Shown piece by piece: positions 22,024 through 31,206 of a stretch of DNA of 64,000 bases. Source of the DNA: Nitrospirota bacterium (GTDB lineage Bacteria; Nitrospirota; UBA9217); NCBI GenBank assembly GCA_963790205.1, contig CAWBNQ010000003.1:896001-960000 (forward strand), written 5' to 3'. The notes beneath the pieces were generated by a model. The model did no database searches, had not been told where the DNA came from, and was given only the letters and a program-made list of their open reading frames with translations. Position numbers and translations under genes: made by a program. Position 1 is the stretch's first letter. Every line of letters begins with the position of its first letter.

Positions 22024-22788
22024 TTATCCGAATCGACCGGTTATGTAATCGTCGGTCTGTTTTTTGTCGGGATTCGTGAAGATCTTCTCCGTGGTCCCGT
22101 ATTCGATGAGTTCTCCCAGGTAGAGAAAGCCCGTCATGTCCGACACGCGCGCCGCCTGCTGCATGTTGTGCGTCACGATGATGATGGTAATGTCCTTCTT
22201 CAGGCCCGCGACAAGCTCCTCGATCTTCGCCGTTGAAATGGGGTCGAGCGCGGAGGTGGGCTCGTCGAAGAGCAGCACCTCGGGGTCAACGGCCAGGGCG
22301 CGGGCGATGACGAGCCGCTGCTGCTGTCCGCCGGAGAGATCATAGGCGCTGGCGTTCAGCTTGTCCCTGACCTCCTCCCAGAGCGCCGCGTGCTTCAGCG
22401 CCTGTTCGATGCGGCCTACCAGCTCGGATTTGTTCCTGATGCCCTTCAGCCGGAGGCCATAGGCAATGTTTTCGGCGATGGACATGGGGAAGGGCGTCGG
22501 CTTCTGGAACACCATGCCGATGCGGCTCCTGAGATTGATAAGGTCAATGTCGCTTGCCAGGATGTTCTTGTCCTGAAAGAGTATTTCTCCTCCATACCGG
22601 TGGTTGGGGTACAGATCGTGCATCCGGTTGAAGCAGCGGAGCAGCGTGGTCTTGCCGCAGCCCGAGGGGCCGATGAGCGCCGTGACGTTATTCTTGCCGA
22701 TCGGCAGAGATATCCCCCTGAGGGCATGGATGTTCCCGTTATAGTAAAAGTCCAGGCCCTTGACCTCGATCTCGATAGTTCCCGTCAA
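22024..22788 (-). CDS. pstB: Phosphate ABC transporter ATP-binding protein
   Basis: [44 protein letters not shown]. Confidence 0.97.
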   Translation of the reverse strand: MTGTIEIEVKGLDFYYNGNIHALRGISLPIGKNNVTALIGPSGCGKTTLLRCFNRMHDLYPNHRYGGEILFQDKNILASDIDLINLRSRIGMVFQKPTPFPMSIAENIAYGLRLKGIRNKSELVGRIEQALKHAALWEEVRDKLNASAYDLSGGQQQRLVIARALAVDPEVLLFDEPTSALDPISTAKIEELVAGLKKDITIIIVTHNMQQAARVSDMTGFLYLGELIEYGTTEKIFTNPDKKQTDDYITGRFG

Positions 22789-23627
22789 CGCTTATACCTC
22801 CACCGGATGATGAGTCTCCCTGCGATCGTGAGCGCGAGTATGAACAGGGTGATCACGAACGATGCTCCCCACGCCTGTGAATGCCAGTTTTTGTAAGGGC
22901 CCATGGCATACTGAAAAATCGTGACCGTCAGCGACGCCATGGGACCGTTCATGTTTCCCGAGAAAAAATTGTTGTTGAACGACGTAAAAAGGAGCGGCGC
23001 GGTCTCGCCCGCAACGCGGGCGATCGAAAGCAGAATGCCGGTCAGGATGCCCGCGGCCGCGCCGCGGTACACGACCTGGATGATCACCTTATAGTACGGC
23101 GCGCCGAGCGCAAAGGCCGCTTCGCGCAGGGTCCAGGGCACGAGGGACAGCATGTTCTCCGTGGTCCGGAGCACCACGGGTATCATGATGATCGCGAGGG
23201 CGACCGCGCCCGACCAGCCGCTGAAATGATGGAGGGGCCGGACGAGGACCGCGTAAATAAAGGCGCCTATCACGATCGAGGGAACGCTGACCATGATGTC
23301 GGAAAGAACGCTGATGACCCGGCTGATCTTTGTCCCCCGCGCGTATTCGGCCAGGAACGTCCCCCCGAGCACGCCGACGGGAACCCCGATCAAGGTGGCG
23401 GCGCCGGTGATCATCAACTGGCCGACAAAGGCGTTTTTGAGCCCTCCGCCCTCGACGCCGGCGGGAGCGGGATCGTTGAAGAACAGATCCAGGTTGAGCG
23501 CTCCGATGCCGTGGATGAGGACGTCTGACAGGATGTAGACGAGCCAGAAGAGGCCGACCGCCGCGGCAAGACCGGAAAGGCTCAATGCGATGACGCTTTC
23601 TATTTTACGTTTCTGTTCGTAGGTCAT
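22785..23627 (-). CDS. pstA: Phosphate ABC transporter permease PstA
   Basis: [30 protein letters not shown]; start could be 23627 or 23648. Confidence 0.95.
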   Translation of the reverse strand: MTYEQKRKIESVIALSLSGLAAAVGLFWLVYILSDVLIHGIGALNLDLFFNDPAPAGVEGGGLKNAFVGQLMITGAATLIGVPVGVLGGTFLAEYARGTKISRVISVLSDIMVSVPSIVIGAFIYAVLVRPLHHFSGWSGAVALAIIMIPVVLRTTENMLSLVPWTLREAAFALGAPYYKVIIQVVYRGAAAGILTGILLSIARVAGETAPLLFTSFNNNFFSGNMNGPMASLTVTIFQYAMGPYKNWHSQAWGASFVITLFILALTIAGRLIIRWRYKR

Positions 23628-23644
23628 GATCGCAAACAAATTTA

Positions 23645-23812
23645 CCACAGAGGCACACCCTGCACTCGCGGTTCCATTCGTAAACGCTGGGCGCAGGCTG
23701 AGGCGCCGAGAAAATAATAAGCTCTTATGCTGAGAAACGTATGATACAAATATTCAGGTTCTTCCTTGATACTAAACTTGTTGCTTTGGAGTTACTCTCT
23801 GCGTCTCCGTGG
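23645..23812. repeat. Intergenic 9-mer-type inverted repeat element, apparently interrupted by a short insert
   Basis: ccacagaggcac...gaggcgccgaga ... ctctctgcgtctccgtgg. Confidence 0.45.
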
Positions 23813-23820
23813 CTGACGTG

Positions 23821-24762
23821 TCATCTTGAATATTTTCTCTCGGCCTTGAGAAGAAAGAACTTCGCCATCGCCAAAATGATGAAGCTCATCACGAACAGCA
23901 CGAGCGCCAGATAATAGAGAGAGGAAAGATAGAGCGCGCTGTCCGCTTCCGTGAATTCATTGGCAAGGCTGACCGTAATGGTGGAGGCCGCGTCAAAAAG
24001 CGACGTGGCGATCTTGTGGTTGTTCCCGAGCACGAAGGCCACCGCCATGGTCTCACCCAGCGCCCGCCCCAGGGACAGGGCCGCGCCGCCGAACACGCCG
24101 AGCTTTGAGTAGGGGAGGACGACGTTCTTGACCACTTCCCACTTTGTTGCGCCGACGGCGTAGGCCGACTCCTTGACCACGGCGGGGGTGAGATTAAACG
24201 CGTCGCGCGCGATGCTCGCCGTGAACGGAATAACCATAATGGCGAGAATGACGCTTGCCGTCAGCAGGTCGATGCCCATGGGAGTGCCCTTAAACAGGAT
24301 GCCGACGAGGGGCAGTTTCCCGATGGTGCCCTGGAGCGCAGGTTCGATGTACTGCGACATGATGGGCGCCAGGGTGAATAGTCCCCACATGCCGTAAATG
24401 ATGCTCGGGATAGCGGCCAAAAGCTCGATAGCGACCCCGATGGGGCCTTTGAGGAAATTCGGCGCGATCTCGGTGACGAACACGGCTATGCCTATGGCAA
24501 TGGGTATGGCGAAGACCAGGGCAAGTGCGGTTGTGACAAAGGTGCCGTAAATCGTGGTCGCCGCCCCGAAGATGCCCGTCACGGGGTTCCAGGCCGTGGA
24601 GGTCAGAAACCGTACAAGCCCGAACTTCCCTATCGCGAGTGAAGACTCCTTCAAAAGCACTGCTATGATGCCGATGATAAAAATGACGACGGTAAAGGAC
24701 GCGACCGCGGTAAGGGAGGAAAAAAGCAGCTCAGGGATGTTTTTCCTGAAAGATATGGCCAA
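23821..24762 (-). CDS. pstC: Phosphate ABC transporter permease PstC
   Basis: ELLAAIPSIIYGMWG, ESAYAVGATKWE, LGRALGETMAV. Confidence 0.95.
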   Translation of the reverse strand: MAISFRKNIPELLFSSLTAVASFTVVIFIIGIIAVLLKESSLAIGKFGLVRFLTSTAWNPVTGIFGAATTIYGTFVTTALALVFAIPIAIGIAVFVTEIAPNFLKGPIGVAIELLAAIPSIIYGMWGLFTLAPIMSQYIEPALQGTIGKLPLVGILFKGTPMGIDLLTASVILAIMVIPFTASIARDAFNLTPAVVKESAYAVGATKWEVVKNVVLPYSKLGVFGGAALSLGRALGETMAVAFVLGNNHKIATSLFDAASTITVSLANEFTEADSALYLSSLYYLALVLFVMSFIILAMAKFFLLKAERKYSR

Positions 24763-24872
24763 AGCACGGACCTTTCTGCTCTAAAGAAGGATGAAGAGAA
24801 ATGCAACGGGTCAGATATGAGCAGTATATATACCTGACCCGTTGATTTCAACTGTTTTTTTACGCCGCTGTG

Positions 24873-25883
24873 TTAATACTTGATGCCGTGCGACTTCCAG
24901 TAAGCGCGGATTTTGTCTTTCAGCGATTTCGGGAGAGGAACATAGATGAGCTCCTCCGCCTTTTTGTCGCCGTTGGTAAACGCCCAGTTGTAGAACTTGG
25001 TCACCTTCATGTTCGAGTCCTGCTTTTCCTTGCCGAGCAGGATGAACGTGGCGCCGGCGATGGGCCAGGCCTTCTTGCCCGGAGCATTATTCAGCCAGAG
25101 GTAGAAGTCCTTTTTCGGGTCGAAGCTCGCCGTTGCAGCCGCGTCCTCGAAGGTCTTGAAGCTCGGCGCCACGAACGCGCCCGCATGGTTCTTGAGGAGC
25201 GTGTAGGTCAGGTTGTTCTGCTGCGCATAGGCGAACTCCACGTAGCCGATGGAGTTTTTCTGCTGCTGCACATAGTTGGCAACGCCCTCGTTCCCTTTGC
25301 CTCCTATTCCCGCGGGCCAGCTCACGGAGGTGCCGGTGCCGACCTTCTCTTTCCAGGCAGGGCAGACATCGTTCAGGTAGCCGGTGAAGATGGCGGTCGT
25401 CCCGGACCCGTCGGAGCGATGGACCACCGTGATGTCGCTGTCCGGGAGGTTGACTTTGGGGTTCAGCCCCTTGATCTTCGGGTCGCTCCACTTTGTGATC
25501 TCACCCAGGTACATTTTGCAGACCGCTTCGGAATCGAGTCTCAGCTCTCCCGCTTTTATACCGGGAATATTGACGACCAGAACGACGCCGCCCATCACCG
25601 CCGGGAACTGGAGCAGATTGTTTTTTGCCAGGAACTCGGGCGTTTGGGGCGCGTCGGATGCGCCGAAGTCGACCGTCCGCTCCGTGATCTGCTTGATGCC
25701 GCCGCCTGAACCGATGGACTGGTAGTTCAGCTTCACGCCGGTGATCTTGTTGTACTCGTTGGCCCACGCGGAATAAACGGGATACGGGAACGTGGCGCCT
25801 GCGCCGTTCAACATCTCCTCCGCGAGAGCTGTTGTTGCCAGGGCCAGTACGGCGATTAATGCTAGTGCTGCGATTTTTTTCAT
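24873..25883 (-). CDS. pstS: Phosphate ABC transporter substrate-binding protein
   Basis: Signal peptide, GAGATFPYP, YQSIGSGGG, DFGASD, HRSDGSGTT, GKGNEGV. Confidence 0.97.
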   Translation of the reverse strand: MKKIAALALIAVLALATTALAEEMLNGAGATFPYPVYSAWANEYNKITGVKLNYQSIGSGGGIKQITERTVDFGASDAPQTPEFLAKNNLLQFPAVMGGVVLVVNIPGIKAGELRLDSEAVCKMYLGEITKWSDPKIKGLNPKVNLPDSDITVVHRSDGSGTTAIFTGYLNDVCPAWKEKVGTGTSVSWPAGIGGKGNEGVANYVQQQKNSIGYVEFAYAQQNNLTYTLLKNHAGAFVAPSFKTFEDAAATASFDPKKDFYLWLNNAPGKKAWPIAGATFILLGKEKQDSNMKVTKFYNWAFTNGDKKAEELIYVPLPKSLKDKIRAYWKSHGIKY

Positions 25884-25926
25884 TGTGTGTCTCCTCCTTT
25901 AGAGTGTTGTGCTTTAATGTTCGCCA

Positions 25927-25969
25927 AATATACCATGGCGATGTTACAATACTGTTACAATTATATTAA
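25927..25969 (-). promoter_or_regulatory. Pho-box-like array plus -10 box (pstS promoter)
   Basis: + strand GTTAC 25943, GTTAC 25954, ATTAA 25965 (11-bp period); -10 TATATT at 25932-25927. Confidence 0.8.
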
Positions 25970-26383
25970 ATTATCATGAATCGTGCCGTGTTCCTCATCA
26001 GCGCCGGCAGGCAGGTTGAGATACTGGTTTACACTTTTTTTCAGATTGTTGATGTCCCCCTTGCAGATATATCCCCGCACGCCATGGGTCGCAACGCATT
26101 CACGCAGGCTGTCCTCGTCATTGGAGGAATAAAAGACTATCGGAACATGACTGGTATCGCTGTTGGAGCGGAGCAGGGTCGTCAGCTTGTCGCCGGAGAG
26201 GGCAGGCATGTTGATGTCGAGCAGAACAAGATCGGGTTGCAACTGTTTCATGAGACTCGTCACCCCGAACCCGTGCTGATGGGTGATCACGTCGAATCGA
26301 TCATCCTTGAGCAGCTCCCTGGCCGTGTAGAGATGCAATTCATCATCATCGACCACCAGTACCTTCTTTTTATTCCGTGTCAT
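25961..26383 (-). CDS. Single-domain response regulator
   Basis: GGGAGGA RBS before ATG 26383; VLVVDDD, LLDINMP, FYSS, YICK. Confidence 0.88.
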   Translation of the reverse strand: MTRNKKKVLVVDDDELHLYTARELLKDDRFDVITHQHGFGVTSLMKQLQPDLVLLDINMPALSGDKLTTLLRSNSDTSHVPIVFYSSNDEDSLRECVATHGVRGYICKGDINNLKKSVNQYLNLPAGADEEHGTIHDNLI

Positions 26384-27572
26384 ATAATCCTCCCTGTTCG
26401 ATATTCTGTAGCGGCAAGGAAAGGGTAAACGTCGTTCCCCTGCCGAAGGCGCTCGCTGCCGAGATGGATCCGCCGATGAGCCCGGCAAGGTTTTTACTGA
26501 TTGCCAGGCCGAGGCCCGTACCCTGGTGCATTTTGGTCTTGGCGTCCTCGATCTGGCTGAATGCGATGAACAGCTTGTCGAGGTCCTCTTCTTTAATGCC
26601 GAGGCCCGTGTCGCTGACCGTGATTTCCAGCCGGCTCCCCGCGATGGCGAGCGTTATGACGATCCTGCCGGATTCCGTGAATTTTGCCGCATTGCTCGCC
26701 AGGTTCGTAACGATCTGGCGCAGCTTGATCGGGTCCGTGGTGATCATGATCGGCAGGGAGGGTGCTGAGACCTCGACCGTCACCGGTTTGTTCCCGACCA
26801 GGATGCGCGTCGTCTCCGCAATTTCAGAAATGAGCGGCACTACGGCAACCTGCCGGTTCGTTACCTCCATCTTCCCCGCTTCCATTTTGGACAGATCGAG
26901 AATGTTGGTGATGATGGCCCTGAGGCCGGTTGCGCTCGAGATCATGAACGAGAGCCGTTCTTTTATCTGTTCGATCGAGTCCTTTTCCGCCGCCATGCGC
27001 AACAGCTCGGCCAGCCCGATAATGGCATTTACCGGCGACCTGAGCTCATGGGTGACGTTCGCGAGGAACTGCGACTTCACCAGGCTGATTTTTTCGAGCT
27101 CCTGCGCGCGGGCGCTCGCCATCTCCTTCTGGAGCACGCTGCTGGCCAGGGCGTTGCTTTGCTGGATCACGAGTTGCTTGACCGACAGGAGGCCCCGGTA
27201 CATCCCCTTGGGGCAGGTCACGATGATCTCATCGTAGATGTCCTGCGGCGGCCGCTCCAGGGCCTTGTCGATGACCACATCGAGCCGTTCATCCTCGGGC
27301 ACGATGAGCGGGGCGGTGTCGGCAATGACGATGATCGGGTGCTTTCCGTAGAGCTCGAAGCCGAACCTTCGAAACAGGGTGAAAAGCAGTTTTGTCCGCG
27401 TCACGAGGCCCACGGGTTCCTTCCCCTCGACCACGGCGATCGCATCCAGCCCGGTGGTCGTAAAGAACCGCTCGGCCACGCTGTTCACGATGGCCTGCGG
27501 CGCTGCCCGCTCTTCCGAGGTGATGAGCTTCCCCACGGGAAGCACGTTGTCAGGTACGGTTACCGTCTGCAT
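26370..27572 (-). CDS. Cytoplasmic histidine kinase with an N-terminal CBS-like pair
   Basis: CBS-like segments (AIAVVEGKEPVGLVTR; IIVT..YRGLLSV), H-box THELRSP, NAAKFT, DTGLGI, GTGLGL; no TM. Confidence 0.88.
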   Translation of the reverse strand: MQTVTVPDNVLPVGKLITSEERAAPQAIVNSVAERFFTTTGLDAIAVVEGKEPVGLVTRTKLLFTLFRRFGFELYGKHPIIVIADTAPLIVPEDERLDVVIDKALERPPQDIYDEIIVTCPKGMYRGLLSVKQLVIQQSNALASSVLQKEMASARAQELEKISLVKSQFLANVTHELRSPVNAIIGLAELLRMAAEKDSIEQIKERLSFMISSATGLRAIITNILDLSKMEAGKMEVTNRQVAVVPLISEIAETTRILVGNKPVTVEVSAPSLPIMITTDPIKLRQIVTNLASNAAKFTESGRIVITLAIAGSRLEITVSDTGLGIKEEDLDKLFIAFSQIEDAKTKMHQGTGLGLAISKNLAGLIGGSISAASAFGRGTTFTLSLPLQNIEQGGLYDTE

Positions 27573-27859
27573 ACTGCCTCCTTTTTTTCTTCGTTCAGGC
27601 TCCGTTTTTTAAGGGCCTGGAGATTTCCGACCCGGACGATCAGTTCGTCCATTTCGTCTGTCGCGCTGTTCAAAATTCCCGCAATCTCCGCGCATCGGTC
27701 TTCTCCGGCCGCCGTCTTTATGATTTCCCGTGTAGCCCAGACCTTGTTGATCACGATATCCGTAACGCAGTCAAGATGCTTGGCATTGGTGATAAAGCAT
27801 CCGGCAGTGTCGTTTCCGCAGATGGTTTTGCATCTTTTCACCAGGTCATCCATCGGCAC
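27560..27859 (-). CDS. Hypothetical helical protein
   Basis: RBS GAGGAGG before GTG; fills the gap between two kinase genes and overlaps the downstream one. Confidence 0.6.
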   Translation of the reverse strand: MPMDDLVKRCKTICGNDTAGCFITNAKHLDCVTDIVINKVWATREIIKTAAGEDRCAEIAGILNSATDEMDELIVRVGNLQALKKRSLNEEKKEAVCRR

Positions 27860-27873
27860 CTCCTCTTGCGTGC

Positions 27874-28965
27874 TCAGGCCACATCCTGAGCAGGGTGGAG
27901 CGCTGCATCGCTCGCTCTTATGAACGACACCGTAAAGGTACTGCCCGAGCCCGGGTTGCTGGCAACCGTGACTTTGCCTCCCATGGCTTCCATGAGGAGC
28001 TTTACGATGTAGAGCCCGAGACCCGCGCCTTTCGAGTTTTTGCTCCCGGCGACACGGTAAAACTTTTCAAAGATCCGGGAAAGCTCGTCGTGCGGGATGC
28101 CGCCTCCCTCGTCCTTGACGGAGATATCGATCCAGTTGAACATGCTGTCAAAACGGATACAGATCTTTCCTCCATCGCTGCTGTACTTTACGGCGTTGGA
28201 AAGGACGTTGACGAGCACCTGACGCACGGCGGTCTTGTTGCCTTTGACGAGGGCGTCGCCGGCGTTCACCGTGACGATCTCGATCCGCCGTATTTTTGCC
28301 TGATCACGAAAGAGGTCGGCAACTTCCGAGACCAGGGCGGTAATATCGACCGGTTCCACGGGCAGGGTCCCGCCCGTTTTCTCCAGCCGGGCAAGGAGCG
28401 AGGCGTCATTGAGAAGGCTTTGAACGTGAGCGGCGGACATTTTGATCGTTCTCAGGTATTTTGCGGGATTTTCCTTCTGGAGAGCCAGCGAGGAAAAACC
28501 GCCGATCACGGTCATTGCATTCTGCAGTTCGTGGACCAGATAGCTGAGGGACGTATCCTGCTCCTGTTCCCGGGCCCGGAGATACTTGATCATCTGCTGC
28601 CGGTCGATATGGTTTCTGATCTTGAGCAAGAGCTCCTTCAGGGAAAAGGGCTTGGTGAGATAATCATCGGCTCCGAGGGTGAGTCCCTTGATGCGAGACT
28701 GTTCGTCCGAAAGGGCCGTGATCATGATGATCGGCACTGACTTGCCTTTTACGCTCTCCCGCATCATTTTGCACACTTCCCACCCGTTCAGTTCCGGAAG
28801 CATGATGTCAAGGAGCACGAGGTCAGGGACGTAGCATTGTATCGCGTCAAGGGCCGCCTCCCCGTTCAGAGCAACGAGCGTTTCGTAGTTTTCTTTCTCA
28901 AGATTATACCGGAGGAGTTCCACCGTATCTTTTTCATCTTCGACAATAAGGATCTGTTTTTTCAT
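27874..28965 (-). CDS. Hybrid protein: OmpR/PhoB-like receiver plus HisKA-HATPase
   Basis: ILIVEDE..LLRYNLEKE..LLDIMLP..GADDYLTKPFS, then VHELQN, NAVKYS, DEGGGI, FEKFYRV, GAGLGL. Confidence 0.88.
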   Translation of the reverse strand: MKKQILIVEDEKDTVELLRYNLEKENYETLVALNGEAALDAIQCYVPDLVLLDIMLPELNGWEVCKMMRESVKGKSVPIIMITALSDEQSRIKGLTLGADDYLTKPFSLKELLLKIRNHIDRQQMIKYLRAREQEQDTSLSYLVHELQNAMTVIGGFSSLALQKENPAKYLRTIKMSAAHVQSLLNDASLLARLEKTGGTLPVEPVDITALVSEVADLFRDQAKIRRIEIVTVNAGDALVKGNKTAVRQVLVNVLSNAVKYSSDGGKICIRFDSMFNWIDISVKDEGGGIPHDELSRIFEKFYRVAGSKNSKGAGLGLYIVKLLMEAMGGKVTVASNPGSGSTFTVSFIRASDAALHPAQDVA

Positions 28966-29097
28966 AATGCGTTTGTCCTGAGCTTTGCTGTTATCGTTGC
29001 AGGTACTATAGTGCGGCTTTGTTCCATATATAGATGGTACGGCTGCATTACCTGTTTGGTAAACCGGTCCGGATGCGACCTGCCCCCGTGATCACGG

Positions 29098-29979
29098 CTA
29101 CCGTGGTCCGTCTGAGGTCGCCGGCGACTGCTGTTCCGTCCACCTGCGTGAACATGCCGCGTTTTCCTGCGGCTCCAGCGGGAGCGTAACCTCGACGATC
29201 GTTCCCCCCCTTGTTTTACTCGCTACGGAGATGCTGCCGTTCAGCTGTTTCACGAGTTTTTTGACGATCCTGAGGCCAAGACCGGTTGCCGCCGTGCCGT
29301 TCACCTCATCGTCATATCCATGGTCTGAGGACGTAAAGACCGCATCGATCTGTTCCAGGGACATCCCGCTGCCGGTGTCCGTCACGGTGAGCCTGATCCG
29401 GTCATCATCCTTGTTCAGGATCACGGCGATCCTTCCGCGGTCCGTGAACTTGACCGCATTGCTCATGAGACCCGTCATGATCCGCCTGATCTTGGAGGGG
29501 TCCGACACAATGACCACGGGGCCGGTTGCGGAGGCATCGATCACGGTGACAGGCTTGTTCCCGGCCATGGACCGCGCCGCATCCGAAATTTCATGAAGCA
29601 GCGCAACGATATCGAAGGGTTGGCAGGCCGTCCCGGCGGGTTCCGATTCGATCTTCATGAATTCGAGCAGTGTGGAAAATGTTGATGACAGTGCGGCCGC
29701 CTCCGACAGGATGATCGAGAGCCGGTCCTGAACGCTTACCAGCTCTCCCTTCTCATAGGCCACCCGCATGAGTTCCGCCATGCCGAGCAGCTCGTACAGC
29801 TTCGACCCGGCTTCCCGCATGGCCCTGGCCATGGCCGGTGATTTGGACCGGGACGGCGGCGCCGGAGCCTGCTTGCCGGCAGGGGTGACCGTTCCTGCTG
29901 AAGAAAGGCGCGAAAGAGCGGGACGCGCGCGGCGGAACGGCTTTTTTGCGAACTGAACCTTATTCGGTACTGTCTCCAT
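29098..29979 (-). CDS. Histidine-kinase-like ATPase lacking the phospho-acceptor His
   Basis: NAVKFT, DTGSGM and TGLGL boxes present; the H-box region reads AMREAGS instead of xxHELRS. Confidence 0.8.
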   Translation of the reverse strand: METVPNKVQFAKKPFRRARPALSRLSSAGTVTPAGKQAPAPPSRSKSPAMARAMREAGSKLYELLGMAELMRVAYEKGELVSVQDRLSIILSEAAALSSTFSTLLEFMKIESEPAGTACQPFDIVALLHEISDAARSMAGNKPVTVIDASATGPVVIVSDPSKIRRIMTGLMSNAVKFTDRGRIAVILNKDDDRIRLTVTDTGSGMSLEQIDAVFTSSDHGYDDEVNGTAATGLGLRIVKKLVKQLNGSISVASKTRGGTIVEVTLPLEPQENAACSRRWTEQQSPATSDGPR

Positions 29980-30075
29980 GATTGTCTCCTTTGCCGACGT
30001 TCTTCCTGATCTTGAGCATGCCCGTCTATTTTGTCCTGACAGTGTTTCGTGTTGAACAGCGCTTCGCTTCCTCTC

Positions 30076-31206
30076 TCAACGATCCATGACGCGGTGCACC
30101 CCGTTTTGTTCAGGCGCAGCAACGGTCTCTTCCATAGCACCCGGCGTTTCTTGCGGTCCCCTCCTGAACAAGAGGAAGAGAACGGCAGCCACGAGCACAA
30201 GAAAATAAAACATGAGGAAGCGCCATGCAGCCGTCACCACTCCGATGGCGCCGGCGGGCAGAAATGCGCGATAGAGGAGAGAGAACACCGCCTCCGCCCC
30301 GCCGGCCCCGCCCGGCGTCGGAATGAATGTTATCAGGGCAAAAACGATCACCTGGAGCGCCATGAACAGCAGCGGCCGCGCGGGAATGCCCATACCGGCC
30401 AGAAGCAGCGAAATAACGGAGTAGCGACACAGCCATTGGAACGAAGTCAAGGCCATGGTAAGCGCAAAAATGCTTTTTCCGCGGAGTACAATGATATGAA
30501 AAGTTGTTATAAAATTGCCGTATGAAGACCTGATCGTTCCCGCGAGTGTGCGCAGAACAGGCGCCTTCCGTATCCATCGCTCTGATCGACGCCGCACCAG
30601 CGCCGTGACAATGCAGAGAACAGCCGCGATACCCGCCAACAACACCCAGAGCGACGGATTCCCGAGCCCTTTCATGCCGTCTTGTACGGCAGGCAGTCCC
30701 CATGATGACGAGAGGGTAAGGGCGATCGGGACCATGATGATGAAAAAGATGCTGTCCTCCAGGCTTTCCAGCACGGAAAGGGACAGGGCGGCGCCGCCGG
30801 TGAATCCCCGGCGCATGAGCATGCTGATCTTCACGGCGCTGCCCGCGATCAGCGGCGGGCTTACGGCTGCTCCGAGCTCGGCGCTGATCGCTATCCTGAA
30901 CATGTCCCAATAGCGTATTTTCCCGCCGAGAAACCCGCTCCAGATGAACAGCCGGAGCGAACCGGTGAACCAGGGCACGAGACTCAGGAGCGCAGCAAGG
31001 ACGAAGTAGCCCGGTGCAACATGCACAACGGAACGGACCATGGCGCGATCGGTGACGGCAAAGGAAAAAATGAGGTTGCCGATGATCCCCAGCGGGATGA
31101 GAAAGACCAGTTTTCCGAACAACGTATTCGTCCGCGCTTCCAGAGCGGCCGCCGGCGCGGATGGCCCGGTGCTTATTTGTGTCCCGGTTTCATGCGCAGG
31201 TTGCAT
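30076..31206 (-). CDS. Lysylphosphatidylglycerol-synthase TM domain / flippase-like membrane protein (UPF0104)
   Basis: Multiple TMs; FIPTPGGAGGAE and WRFLMFY motifs. Confidence 0.82.
   Translation of the reverse strand: MQPAHETGTQISTGPSAPAAALEARTNTLFGKLVFLIPLGIIGNLIFSFAVTDRAMVRSVVHVAPGYFVLAALLSLVPWFTGSLRLFIWSGFLGGKIRYWDMFRIAISAELGAAVSPPLIAGSAVKISMLMRRGFTGGAALSLSVLESLEDSIFFIIMVPIALTLSSSWGLPAVQDGMKGLGNPSLWVLLAGIAAVLCIVTALVRRRSERWIRKAPVLRTLAGTIRSSYGNFITTFHIIVLRGKSIFALTMALTSFQWLCRYSVISLLLAGMGIPARPLLFMALQVIVFALITFIPTPGGAGGAEAVFSLLYRAFLPAGAIGVVTAAWRFLMFYFLVLVAAVLFLLFRRGPQETPGAMEETVAAPEQNGVHRVMDR

Noticed and set aside
29005..29062. Ninth Pho-box-like array upstream of the hybrid kinase
   Set aside because: A TATAGT -10 and GTTCC sit at the expected spacing, and GGTAC/ATTAC/GGTAA are 11 bp apart, but the units are degenerate and the two sets are out of phase.
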